Of a DNA stretch of 64,000 nucleotides, positions 20,557 to 29,768 are shown piece by piece (positions within the stretch are counted from its first letter, which is position 1; each line of letters begins with the position of its first letter). Position numbers and translations under genes: made by a program. The DNA comes from Alphaproteobacteria bacterium (GTDB taxonomy: Bacteria; Pseudomonadota; Alphaproteobacteria; JAJTHO01; CANGYM01), in NCBI GenBank assembly GCA_044375675.1, contig JBILMD010000001.1:126396-190395 (forward strand), in the 5' to 3' direction. The notes under the pieces are model-generated. The model did no database searches. It saw only the letters and a program-made list of their open reading frames with translations, and was not told where the DNA came from.

Positions 20557-21284
20557 CAGATCTGGCCCGTGATTGTCAGACAGCGGGCCACGTCCACGTG
20601 CCCCTCATAAATCGCCCGTCCACAAATCACGCCGTCGATGTTGGGATGGTTCAAATCCACCAGGGCCTGCAGGTCGGCCTCGCTGGACAAACCGCCAGAG
20701 GCAATGATGGGAATCTTCACCGCATCCGCCAACTCTGCCGTGGCCTGACGGTTCACCCCCATGCCCATGCCATCGCGGCGAATGTCCGTGAAAATAATGC
20801 CGGCCAGCGGCAGCATCTCAAACCCTTTGGCCACGTCCAGTGTTAAGGCCGTGGATTGCTTTTTCCACCCGTGCGTGGCCACGCGGCCATCGCGGCTGTC
20901 CAACGCCACCACAATTTTCCCGGGCCATCGCCGCACCACACTGTCCAAAACATCAGGATTCGTCAGGGCCATGGTGCCCACCACCACACGGGCGGCGCCG
21001 GCATCAAACCATTCCTGAACATCGCGCAGGGTGCGAATGCCGCCCCCCACCTGTACCGACAATTTTGTGCGGCGCACAATTTCCCGCATCAGGCGGGCTT
21101 GATGGGGGATGCCCTCCACCGCGCCCTCCAAATCCACCACGTGCAGCCACGTGGCCCCTTGCTCCTCAAAAAATGCGGCTTGATCGGGGGGATAGCGGTG
21201 ATACACGTCGGCCTGCTCCAAATCGCCTTGGCGCACACGGACGCAGTGACCATCTTTGATATCAATAGCGGGGTAAAAAATCAT
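20556..21284 (-). CDS. hisA: ProFAR isomerase
   Basis: [28 protein letters not shown]... (ATG verified at 21284). The ORF-track N-terminal extension is rejected. Confidence 0.9.
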   Translation of the reverse strand: MIFYPAIDIKDGHCVRVRQGDLEQADVYHRYPPDQAAFFEEQGATWLHVVDLEGAVEGIPHQARLMREIVRRTKLSVQVGGGIRTLRDVQEWFDAGAARVVVGTMALTNPDVLDSVVRRWPGKIVVALDSRDGRVATHGWKKQSTALTLDVAKGFEMLPLAGIIFTDIRRDGMGMGVNRQATAELADAVKIPIIASGGLSSEADLQALVDLNHPNIDGVICGRAIYEGHVDVARCLTITGQI

Positions 21285-21910
21285 GGTTCCCATTGTATGA
21301 AGTTTTGCAAAAGACGCAATCCCACCGGCCCACTTTTTTCGGGGTGGAACTGAACGCCCAAAATGTTCCCCTGCCCCACCGCCGCCGCCAAGGGGCCGCC
21401 GTGATCCACCGTGGCCAAAACCGTTTGGGGATCTGTGGGGGTGATGTGGTAACTGTGGACAAAATACACAAAGGCCCCCGCAAAGGACGCATCCAACACA
21501 GGATGATCCCGCGCCACCGTCAGGGTGTTCCATCCCATGTGGGGGATTTTCAAACCTTCGGCTTTGGGGATCGCCGCGACCTCGCCGGCAATCCATCCCA
21601 AACCGTGGTGCAGGCCATGTTCATACCCCACACGGGCCAGCAACTGCATCCCGACACAAATCCCCAGAAAGGGAACCTTGTTTTTCCTAACGGCCTCTGA
21701 CAGCGCCCCCAACACCCCGGGCCTGTCCAACAATCCCTGCATACACGCCCCAAAAGCCCCCACCCCTGGCAAAACAATGCGGCGGGCCGCCAGAATTTCC
21801 TCTGGGTCCGAGGTCACCACCACCCGATCCTGTGGATGGGACACGGCCAACACAGCCTTGTGCACAGAGTGCAGGTTGCCAGATTCGTAATCAATTATGG
21901 CGCAGGACAT
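21281..21910 (-). CDS. hisH: Imidazole glycerol phosphate synthase glutamine amidotransferase subunit
   Basis: MSCAIIDYESGNLHSV... with the GAT triad context (GICVGMQ, HPE). Overlaps hisA by 4 nt. Confidence 0.95.
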   Translation of the reverse strand: MSCAIIDYESGNLHSVHKAVLAVSHPQDRVVVTSDPEEILAARRIVLPGVGAFGACMQGLLDRPGVLGALSEAVRKNKVPFLGICVGMQLLARVGYEHGLHHGLGWIAGEVAAIPKAEGLKIPHMGWNTLTVARDHPVLDASFAGAFVYFVHSYHITPTDPQTVLATVDHGGPLAAAVGQGNILGVQFHPEKSGPVGLRLLQNFIQWEP

Positions 21911-21944
21911 GGTGGTGCGTGGTGCGTGGTGCGTGGTGAGTCAT
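21891..21944 (-). promoter_or_regulatory. 17-codon His-codon-rich uORF (MTHHAPRTTHHHVLRHN) overlapping the hisH start out of frame, built partly from a (CACCACG)3 heptamer array
   Basis: Minus-sense read: ATG ACT CAC CAC GCA CCA CGC ACC ACG CAC CAC CAT GTC CTG CGC CAT AAT TGA. The hisH ATG lies inside it in the +1 frame. Confidence 0.4.
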
Positions 21945-22045
21945 CACTGGTAACAGGTCTGGGGGGGGAAATAAAGGGGGGTGGGAACATCTTTACGGGT
22001 TATCAGGGTTTATGGTATAAATTATAAACATATCAGGGTGATTGT

Positions 22046-22300
22046 ATGCACGTTCGTTTTGCCGAGGTTGATGAAAACTTTATTGCAGAGGCTGTGCGTT
22101 CGGGATTTTATGCCAACGCCACGGAGCTTGTGCGTGATGCTGTCAGGCGTCTTCGGGAAAACAATGCCCTGCATCATCCCTTTTATCAGGCCATTATGGA
22201 CGGACTTCAGGATATCGAAAACGGCCACACACAACCCCTGACCCCCGCATTGATGAACACCCTGAAAACGCAGGGGTACCAAGACGCCAATGAAGATTGA
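22046..22300 (+). CDS. parD: ParD-family antitoxin
   Basis: VRFAEVDENFIAEAVRSGFYANATELVRDAVRRL is ParD/RHH-like. Confidence 0.8.
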   Translation: MHVRFAEVDENFIAEAVRSGFYANATELVRDAVRRLRENNALHHPFYQAIMDGLQDIENGHTQPLTPALMNTLKTQGYQDANED

Positions 22301-22580
22301 ACTTTCTGCCCGTGCCCAAGGGGATATCCGGAGCATTGCGGCATACACCCGCAAAACTTACAGCCTGAACCAAGCGGATCGCTATATTGATGCCCTGTAC
22401 CAGATGATAAAAAAAATCGCGGACCAGCCAGGGCTGGGGCATGTTCGTCCCGATATGCCCATGACCTGCAAGGCCATCTCCTGCAACAGGCATGTCATTG
22501 TTTACACTATCAGAAACAATACACTCTATGTGGTGCGTGTTCTGCATGATCAATTTGATTTCAAAAAACACGACCTCTAA
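22290..22580 (+). CDS. parE: ParE/RelE-family toxin
   Basis: 96 aa, ParE-like (AQGDIRSIAAYTRKTYSLNQADRYIDAL...LYVVRVLHDQ). Overlaps parD by 11 nt. Confidence 0.8.
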   Translation: MKIELSARAQGDIRSIAAYTRKTYSLNQADRYIDALYQMIKKIADQPGLGHVRPDMPMTCKAISCNRHVIVYTIRNNTLYVVRVLHDQFDFKKHDL

Positions 22581-22675
22581 CCCCCCCCAACTTTTTTATG
22601 CCCCTCCCCCCACCCTCCCCTTGTTTTTCTTAACAACTCTCTTTATATTGATTTTGGATTAGGGGCGCATCGATC

Positions 22676-23620
22676 ATGGGACAACATCGTCCACTTTGTA
22701 TTTTGGGTTCAGGGGCAGCGGGCTATACGGCGGCGATTTATGCCGCGCGGGCCAATTTGCCGCCTTTGCTGTTTTCGGGATCTCTGCCTGGGGGGCAGCT
22801 GACCATCACCAACGATGTGGAAAATTATCCTGGCTTTGCGGATGTGATTCAGGGCCCTTGGTTGATGGAGCAAATGAAGCAACAGGCGAGGCACGTGGGC
22901 ACCACCATTATTCCTGAAACCATCGTTCAGGTGGATTTGCAGGCCAACCCCAAAACCTTGGTGGGGGATTCCGGCGAAACCTATACCGCCGATGCCATTA
23001 TTATTGCCACGGGGGCCCAGGCCAAATGGCTGGGGATCCCGGGGGAAGAGGCCTTTATGGGCCAAGGCGTATCCGCCTGCGCCACGTGTGATGGATCGTT
23101 TTTCAAAGATGTCCCCGTGGCCGTCATCGGGGGGGGCAACACCGCCGTTGAGGAAGCCCTGTACCTAACCAACCACGCCAGCCATATCACCCTGATTCAC
23201 CGCCGCGACCAGCTGCGGGCTGAGAAAATTCTTCAGGATCGCCTGCTTGCGCACCCGAAAATCTCAGTCCTGTGGAACCACGGCACCGAAGAAATCTTGG
23301 GCAGCCAAGTGGGCGTCACGGGATTAAAACTGCGCGATCTGAAAACAAACAAAGAAAAAATCCTAGAGGTTGAGGGGGTTTTTGTGGCCATCGGGCACAA
23401 ACCCGCCACCGATATGTTTCAGGGGCAGCTGCCTAAGGATGATTACGGCTATTTATTGCATCACCCCAACAGCAGCAAAACCGATGTTATGGGCGTTTTT
23501 GTCGCGGGTGATGTGTGTGATCCCGTGTATCGCCAAGCCATCACCGCCGCCGGCATGGGATGTATGGCGGCTTTGGACGCTGTGCATTATTGTCAGTCTT
23601 TGCCACAAAAAAAACCCTAA
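22676..23620 (+). CDS. trxB: Thioredoxin reductase
   Basis: ILGSGAAGYTAAIYAARANL and the redox-active CATCDG motif. Confidence 0.95.
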   Translation: MGQHRPLCILGSGAAGYTAAIYAARANLPPLLFSGSLPGGQLTITNDVENYPGFADVIQGPWLMEQMKQQARHVGTTIIPETIVQVDLQANPKTLVGDSGETYTADAIIIATGAQAKWLGIPGEEAFMGQGVSACATCDGSFFKDVPVAVIGGGNTAVEEALYLTNHASHITLIHRRDQLRAEKILQDRLLAHPKISVLWNHGTEEILGSQVGVTGLKLRDLKTNKEKILEVEGVFVAIGHKPATDMFQGQLPKDDYGYLLHHPNSSKTDVMGVFVAGDVCDPVYRQAITAAGMGCMAALDAVHYCQSLPQKKP

Positions 23621-23625
23621 GCTCT

Positions 23626-23862
23626 ATGAAACGCTTTGATACGATTTTGTTGTTTTTGCTGGTGTCGGGCCTGTGGGCTTGGGCCATCAATTATTTTTCC
23701 TATTCCCAGCGGGCGGAATCGCAGGATTTTTATTACGAAGTCAAAGAGGCCATCAACAACTGTTCCGTGTTTGGGCGGGTGATTGAGGATTTTTACGGCG
23801 CCCACCGGCTGGAGGCCAAAATCGACTGCGGCCCCACCTGGATTGACTCGGGGGAGCAATAA
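23626..23862 (+). CDS. Small membrane-anchored protein, paralog A
   Basis: N-terminal TM helix, then EAINNCSVFGRVIEDFYGA. Confidence 0.4.
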   Translation: MKRFDTILLFLLVSGLWAWAINYFSYSQRAESQDFYYEVKEAINNCSVFGRVIEDFYGAHRLEAKIDCGPTWIDSGEQ

Positions 23863-23864
23863 TC

Positions 23865-24116
23865 ATGACGCTACTGAAACGCATCACGTTGGTTTTGTTT
23901 GTGGCTTTGTTGTGGGGGTCCTTTTTCTGGCACGTGGGTCAGGTGCAAAAGGCCGCATCCAACACGCCCCTGATCAACAACATCCGCCGCGCCCTGAATG
24001 AATGCGTGGTGCGGGGCCGGTTGACCAACGAATTTGATGGCAATGCCCAGTTCATTAACCTGAATTCCCGCATTGTCTGCAACCTGCAGGGGGGCAGGGT
24101 TGCCCCCAGCCGCTAA
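23865..24116 (+). CDS. Small membrane-anchored protein, paralog B
   Basis: N-terminal TM helix, then RALNECVVRGRLTNEFDGNAQ. Same Cys-containing core as paralog A. Confidence 0.4.
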   Translation: MTLLKRITLVLFVALLWGSFFWHVGQVQKAASNTPLINNIRRALNECVVRGRLTNEFDGNAQFINLNSRIVCNLQGGRVAPSR

Positions 24117-24151
24117 AGGCTGGCTGGTCCCCATCCCACCCTGAAACCCAG

Positions 24152-25096
24152 ATGACCACCATTGCCTTTTATCATAACGCCCGCATTCCCTATACGCCCG
24201 ATGATTTGGGGCGCCCGACCATCAAGGGCATGGAATCCTCGGTCCTGCAATGGGCGGCGGCCCTGAGAAAGGCCGGCCATACCGTGCGCCTGCACCTGCC
24301 CCAGAGTGTCGCCCCCCTGCCCTATCCTGATGTGACGCTGTATCCCTTAACCGACACCACCCCCGCCGATGTGGCCGTGGCCCTGAATGAACCTGATGTG
24401 CTATGGCGCGTCCCCGCAAAGCGCAAATTTTTGTGGCTGCACAATGTTTTGCCGCTGGAAAAGGCCCTGCGCAAAGGCCGCCTGTGGCCCCTGATCCGCA
24501 TGCAGATGCCCGTGATTGTCAGCAGCCACTGGCACGCCCGAACCCTGTCCCCGCTGCTGCGCTGGCACGGGGTCCATGTGATGCCGCTGGGGATTGCCGA
24601 TGCCTTTACGCACCATCCCCGCACCGCAGCCCCCGCCCCGCACGTGGGGTATATCACCCATCCGTACCGCGGGTTGGATCCTTTTTTTGCCCTGTGGACC
24701 CAGCGGATTTTGCCCCACTGTCCAGCGGCGCAGCTGCACCTGTACGGCCCTAAAACCCTGAATCACCCCAGCGTGGTGCATCATGATGCGGTGGGGTGGG
24801 ATCAACTGCCCGATATTTTGGGCCGCCTGCGCTGTGTGGTGTTTCCGTGGGATAAACCGGAAACCTTTTGTCTGGCCGCCGGCGAAGCCCTGACCACCGG
24901 AACCCCCGTCATCAGCTATGCCGTGGGGGCCATCCCCGAGCATGCGGGCGTCACCGCCGTGACCACGCCGCAGGCCTTTGCCGACACCACCTTGGCCTAT
25001 CTGACAAACGATGCCCTGTGGATGACCACCCACACCGCCCTATCCCCCCTGCCCCGCCCCCGCTGGACCCATCATGATTTTTTTCATGGTGTGTGA
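24152..25096 (+). CDS. Glycosyltransferase, GT-B fold (group 1 / GT4-like)
   Basis: C-terminal E-x7-E-like nucleotide-sugar motif (LAAGEALTTGTPVISYAVGAIPE). Confidence 0.65.
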   Translation: MTTIAFYHNARIPYTPDDLGRPTIKGMESSVLQWAAALRKAGHTVRLHLPQSVAPLPYPDVTLYPLTDTTPADVAVALNEPDVLWRVPAKRKFLWLHNVLPLEKALRKGRLWPLIRMQMPVIVSSHWHARTLSPLLRWHGVHVMPLGIADAFTHHPRTAAPAPHVGYITHPYRGLDPFFALWTQRILPHCPAAQLHLYGPKTLNHPSVVHHDAVGWDQLPDILGRLRCVVFPWDKPETFCLAAGEALTTGTPVISYAVGAIPEHAGVTAVTTPQAFADTTLAYLTNDALWMTTHTALSPLPRPRWTHHDFFHGV

Positions 25097-25174
25097 AAAC
25101 TATCACATTTTTAAAGAAAAAAGGGGTATATTATACAATGATACAATCAACCGTAATGGACAACGGGTGGGGAT

Positions 25175-25819
25175 ATGGGTGGTGAAACACAGTTGGAAAC
25201 ATCTTACTGGCAGCTCACCGAGAAGATGAACAAAACACTCAATCGGTTTTTAAAACAACATCAGGATACTGACGACATAGATGATTGTACTTCGTCTATT
25301 TTGCATGCCTTTATTGCTAAAATATTATGTTCCAAAACTTTACTAAAAACCTACCCCCGCCAACCCATTGCACCGGATGAAATAGGCACATTAAGCTCAG
25401 AAGAACAAGCTGACCTACATGATACAGCAACGCACATCGCAACCCGCATAAAAGAACTTATTCTACAACAAGATATATGTCTTAAAAGTTTTCAATACAT
25501 AAGAGAGTCGGACGATACAAAATGCATAATAGAATATGATGAACCAGAACCTGAAACCAAAGACAAAATACAAAATCTTTTAGATAATAACGAGTTACGC
25601 GACCTCTGGACTCTTTTAACAAATTTACAACCTTATGTATTACACGCCCCTCCTAACCCCCATTTCCAAATAAATGAATCCTCTTTAATCTTATCTATTT
25701 TGATGTCATTAGATATTTTTGAAGGCATGACAAAAGATCAACCTCAAGAAACACAAACAACACATCCTGTACCGGAATTGGCAAAATTTTTAAAAACCTA
25801 CCACCAACGAACCGCCTAA
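25175..25819 (+). CDS. Hypothetical protein (AT-rich orphan, acidic)
   Basis: Long ORF, low GC. No recognisable motif. Confidence 0.35.
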   Translation: MGGETQLETSYWQLTEKMNKTLNRFLKQHQDTDDIDDCTSSILHAFIAKILCSKTLLKTYPRQPIAPDEIGTLSSEEQADLHDTATHIATRIKELILQQDICLKSFQYIRESDDTKCIIEYDEPEPETKDKIQNLLDNNELRDLWTLLTNLQPYVLHAPPNPHFQINESSLILSILMSLDIFEGMTKDQPQETQTTHPVPELAKFLKTYHQRTA

Positions 25820-25892
25820 AAAAAATCCCCCGTGACCACCCACCCACCCGTGTGGTAGAGTCTGTTTTTTTCAATGGTAGAGAACGTTCATC

Positions 25893-26753
25893 ATGTCGGT
25901 CATTTTGGATGGAAAGGCCTTGGCGGCGCTGCGCAAGGATGCGCTGAGGGTGCAGGTCCTGCAATCGGGGCTAAAGGTTGGTTTGGCTGTGATTCAGGTG
26001 GGGGATAACCCTGCCAGCCGTGTGTATGTCAATCACAAAATACGGGCCTGCGCCGATGTGGGCATGCAATCGTTTAAACATCATTTGCCCGAAACCACCC
26101 CCCAAGCGGATCTGGTGGCCCTGATCCAATCCCTGAACCATGATCCTGATGTGCATGGGATTTTGGTGCAGCTGCCGCTGCCTTCTGCCTTGGACACCGA
26201 TGCGGTGTTGGCGGCCATTGATCCGGCCAAGGACGTGGACGGCCTGCATGTTCAAAACGCCGGCCGCGTGTTTTTGGGGGATACGGGGGGGCTGGTGCCC
26301 TGCACCCCGCTGGGCTGTATGATGCTGCTGGATCATTATCTGGCGGATGTGCCGCTGCGGGGCAAACACGCGGTGGTGTTGGGGCGGTCCCGTTTGGTGG
26401 GGCGGCCGGTGGCGTCGCTGTTGTTGCAACGGGATTGCACCGTGACCATCGCCCATTCAGCCACGCAAGACCTGCCCGCGTTGGTAGGGACTGCGGATAT
26501 TCTGGTGGCGGCCATTGGTAAACCCTGCTTCGTCCCCCTGTCGTGGGTGAAAGAGGGGGCCATTGTGCTGGACGTGGGCATTAACCGCACCGATCAGGGG
26601 ACGTTGGTGGGGGATGTGGATCTTGATGGGGATACCGCGAAACTCTGCGCCTATACCCCCGTGCCTGGGGGCGTGGGGCCCATGACGGTGACGTGTCTGC
26701 TGCTGAACACCTTTAAGGCCGCCGTGGCCCTGCATGGCCGCACATTCGATTGA
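25893..26753 (+). CDS. folD: Bifunctional methylene-THF dehydrogenase / methenyl-THF cyclohydrolase
   Basis: ILDGKALA...NPASRVYVNHKIRAC...GILVQLPLP...VVLGRSRLVGRPV. Confidence 0.95.
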   Translation: MSVILDGKALAALRKDALRVQVLQSGLKVGLAVIQVGDNPASRVYVNHKIRACADVGMQSFKHHLPETTPQADLVALIQSLNHDPDVHGILVQLPLPSALDTDAVLAAIDPAKDVDGLHVQNAGRVFLGDTGGLVPCTPLGCMMLLDHYLADVPLRGKHAVVLGRSRLVGRPVASLLLQRDCTVTIAHSATQDLPALVGTADILVAAIGKPCFVPLSWVKEGAIVLDVGINRTDQGTLVGDVDLDGDTAKLCAYTPVPGGVGPMTVTCLLLNTFKAAVALHGRTFD

Positions 26754-27646
26754 TGGTTATGTCCCTATCGTACCGTTTGACCCTGATCAACACCGTGGAT
26801 GGCGTTTCCCCAAAGGACGCCCAGCGCGCGGCGACCTTTCTGAACACCGCCCCCCCCCACCCCTTTGGCGAAGGCCGCGCGGTGGATGTGCTTTACACCC
26901 CCGATGCCCCCACCGATGCCATGGCCTTGGCCACTGCTGTTCGGGATCTCTGGGGGGATCATCCCACGCCGTTTGATCTGTGTGTTCAAGATGCGGCGGC
27001 GCCCCGCCAAAAACGCCTGTTGCTGTCGGATATGGATGCCACCATTGTGGCCGAAGAATCGCTGGACGTTCTGGCCGATTATGCCGGCTGCGGCGAGGCC
27101 GTGGCCACCATCACCGCGCGGGCCATGCGGGGGGATCTGGATTTTCACGCCGCTCTGCGGGAACGTGTGGCTCTGCTGCGGGGGCAACCTGCCACGCTGA
27201 TTGATCGGGCTCTATCGGATATGACCCTGTCCGCGGGGGCCAGCGATTTGGTGACAACCATGCGGGGCTGGGGGGCCAAAACCATCCTGATTTCCGGCGG
27301 ATTCACCCCCTTTACCCAGCACGTGGCCGCTGTGGTGGGCTTTGATGACGCGGTGGGCAACACCTTGGGCCTTCATGATGGGCACTTCACGGGCGACGTT
27401 CTGGGCCCCATCGTGGATAAACACGTCAAACAGCAAACCCTGCTTGAGCAGGCGAGTGCCCTTAACCTCTCCCCCGCCGATACCTTGGCCGTGGGGGATG
27501 GGGCCAACGATCTGCTGATGCTGCAGGCCGCCGGCCTCGGCGTCGCCTATCGCGGCAAGCCCCTGCTGAAACAATCCATGCCCACGTGGGTGGACATCAG
27601 CGATCTAACCGCACTGCTGTATATGCAGGGCTGGGGCAACAAATAA
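26750..27646 (+). CDS. serB: Phosphoserine phosphatase (HAD family)
   Basis: HAD motifs LLLSDMDATIV, ILISGGFTP and AVGDGANDLLM. Confidence 0.85.
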   Translation: MMVMSLSYRLTLINTVDGVSPKDAQRAATFLNTAPPHPFGEGRAVDVLYTPDAPTDAMALATAVRDLWGDHPTPFDLCVQDAAAPRQKRLLLSDMDATIVAEESLDVLADYAGCGEAVATITARAMRGDLDFHAALRERVALLRGQPATLIDRALSDMTLSAGASDLVTTMRGWGAKTILISGGFTPFTQHVAAVVGFDDAVGNTLGLHDGHFTGDVLGPIVDKHVKQQTLLEQASALNLSPADTLAVGDGANDLLMLQAAGLGVAYRGKPLLKQSMPTWVDISDLTALLYMQGWGNK

Positions 27647-27657
27647 ACCCCGCATCA

Positions 27658-27727
27658 TTTTTTTTCCCAAAACACAAAAAAATGTGACAAATGGCACGGC
27701 ACGGCACGGCACGGCATAATGGGAGGG
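27658..27727 (+). promoter_or_regulatory. Repeat cassette copy 1: T-run + CCCAAAACACAAAAAAATGTGACAAATG + (GGCAC)4 + GGCATAATGGG
   Basis: Read directly. Contains a TGTGAC -35-like or CRP-half-site-like element and a CATAAT -10-like element separated by the pentamer microsatellite. Confidence 0.5.
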
Positions 27728-27781
27728 TAAACTCAACAAAAAAGTAAACCTTTTTGTTGTCCACACCTGAGGCCCAAACAA

Positions 27782-28096
27782 ATGGCTGTCTACATCGTAA
27801 CGGGAGAAATCCCTTCAAACGAACCAACGATCACCCCAGAAAGGATAATTTGTGATAGTAATGTCACTCCTCTCTTAATGCTTATAAAAGAAGAGTTTTG
27901 TAAGATTCCCCCATCCGCAGAACAAAGGCTTCTGTGTCTTTGTTTGCCATATAAATCAACCCTACCAAAGTACACACATTGGTACACAACCATTAATGTG
28001 TGCCAAAAAAGTGAGATGAGGATAGTTTGTCCAAGTCCCACCTTTGGCCTTCAGAGCAGGACTTCAAAATCCTGTCCAGAAATCTGTTTAATATAG
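27782..28096 (+). CDS. Small Cys-rich hypothetical protein (104 aa) downstream of cassette copy 1
   Basis: ORF follows the cassette and a 5'-UTR hairpin (27733-27758). AT-rich. No recognisable motif. Confidence 0.3.
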   Translation: MAVYIVTGEIPSNEPTITPERIICDSNVTPLLMLIKEEFCKIPPSAEQRLLCLCLPYKSTLPKYTHWYTTINVCQKSEMRIVCPSPTFGLQSRTSKSCPEICLI

Positions 28097-28199
28097 CAAA
28101 AACGCTTCACGATAATGATGATGGTAGCGATCCATACAGGATGGATCGCCATAAGAAGTTGATAAAGCTTCCTATTATTTTCGGTGAGTGATGAGTAGA

Positions 28200-28223
28200 G
28201 AGAGGCCCCCCACGGGGCCTCTC
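28200..28223. terminator. Bidirectional hairpin GAGAGGCCCC-CCAC-GGGGCCTCTC between convergent genes
   Basis: 10-bp perfect stem. The same CACGGGRCCTCTCC module recurs at 31384 and 32522. Confidence 0.4.
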
Positions 28224-28239
28224 CCCAACCCCTCCCCCC

Positions 28240-28683
28240 CTACGCCGCCGTAGACTTCTTCCCCAAAACCGCTCTGTCGATAATCTCCTCCAGCGCTATT
28301 GAGGAATCGCATTTGCGCAAAATCCCCCCAAAGGATAACACGCCGGAAACCTTGCCCCCCCGCATCACCACCAAACGGCTGACATCGTGGCGATGCATGA
28401 CATCGGCGGCCTTTTGCAGGGACTCTGTCTCTTCAACGCTGCAAACCTTGGGGGTCATGCATTCCTTAACAGTCACATCGGATGGTTTTCGATTGTCCAC
28501 AACACCCCGCAAAACAATATCGCGGTCTGTTAAAATGCCCAGAAGATGGTCTGTGGTACCCACGGGCAACATCCCACAATCGATTCTTTTCATGACCTTG
28601 GCGGCCTCGGCCAAGCTGGCCTCTGGACTGATAAAAACAGGTTGATCCACCATCACGGATTTTATGGTTGTTTTGTGCATCAT
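28240..28683 (-). CDS. CBS-pair domain protein
   Basis: Two CBS motifs (GILTDRDIVLRGV, VSGVLSFGGILRK). Confidence 0.7.
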   Translation of the reverse strand: MMHKTTIKSVMVDQPVFISPEASLAEAAKVMKRIDCGMLPVGTTDHLLGILTDRDIVLRGVVDNRKPSDVTVKECMTPKVCSVEETESLQKAADVMHRHDVSRLVVMRGGKVSGVLSFGGILRKCDSSIALEEIIDRAVLGKKSTAA

Positions 28684-28904
28684 GCTGATCTCCTTTGAAT
28701 GAGAATAAAGTTATATTTTACAACACACCCCAACCGTGCTACGTTTTCTGTATAAAAAATTTGATTTTCATCAAATCCATAAAAATATTTTTTGATAGAA
28801 TGATGGATATACTATAGTTATGTTTTGACTATGGTTTTTGGCACCCAACCAAAATGACCTGACACGCGCTTTCTATGAATCCTAAAAAAACCTAGAGTAT
28901 CGCC

Positions 28905-29642
28905 ATGTCCATTCCCCATGATTTCCTGAAAACCCTTCCGTTGTTTGCTGATTTTACAGGGCAAGAGGTCGCGCTGTTAGAGACAAAATGTCGCTTGCGA
29001 ACCTATGAAGAAAAACAAATCCTTTTTACCCAAGGGGATTCTATCACGTCCCTTTATGTCATGTGTCAGGGGACCCTGCAAATTTTTCGCGATACCCAAA
29101 CGGGGCACGAGGTCACCACAGACATCCTGATTGCGGGGGATCTTTTGGGGGCGGACGATATGCTAAATGCCGTGGAATCCCATACATCCAGCGCCAAAGC
29201 CGTGGATAAAACCATTCTGATTGACATTCCGGCACCGTGGGTCAGGCAGAGTTTAAAAAATTTCAATGGCTTGGGCGAACACCTTTTGGAATATGTCTCC
29301 AAACGCCTGCACCAGGCCCAAACGGAAATGGAACAACGCATCACCATGACTGCCCCCCAATTGATTGCCTGTTATTTGCAGCGGCTTTGCTTTTTGTATG
29401 GCTTTGATCCTGGGGGGTTTGATTTGCCCTATAAAAAAACCCTCATTGCCTCGCGATTGGGGATGGCCCTAGAAACCTTTTCCAGGGCCCTGGAAAAACT
29501 TTCTGAACATGGCATCATCGTTTCAGGCCATCATGTTTCCATCCATTCCCATGAAAAGGCTGAAAAATTTTCATGCTCAGAGTGTTCTGCAAACGACATT
29601 TGTGAAAACCATCACGCGCTGAGAAAAAAAAGCAGCCTTTGA
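28905..29642 (+). CDS. Crp/Fnr-family transcriptional regulator with a C-terminal Cys cluster
   Basis: N-terminal cNMP-binding-like domain, HTH TLIASRLGMALETFSRALEKL, and a C-terminal CSECSANDIC. Confidence 0.8.
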   Translation: MSIPHDFLKTLPLFADFTGQEVALLETKCRLRTYEEKQILFTQGDSITSLYVMCQGTLQIFRDTQTGHEVTTDILIAGDLLGADDMLNAVESHTSSAKAVDKTILIDIPAPWVRQSLKNFNGLGEHLLEYVSKRLHQAQTEMEQRITMTAPQLIACYLQRLCFLYGFDPGGFDLPYKKTLIASRLGMALETFSRALEKLSEHGIIVSGHHVSIHSHEKAEKFSCSECSANDICENHHALRKKSSL

Positions 29643-29768
29643 TGCACGTCAAATCTTTTCCAAAGCAGCCATGATTTAAACAAGCCATGCGGCTCTACCC
29701 AAGCAGACCAAAAACCGCTTGGGTCGGGTTGTGTTTGTTTCCCTGCAAAAAAGAAAGGACCTTTTGTT

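Noticed and set aside
20598-20620. tRNA T-arm-like GGTTCAAATCC
   Set aside because: Lies inside the hisA coding sequence and the flanking stem is not complementary. No tRNA cloverleaf could be built. No tRNA genes were found in the window.
24401-25033. 210-aa minus-strand ORF
   Set aside because: Antisense to the glycosyltransferase, with Gly/Arg-rich low-complexity composition.
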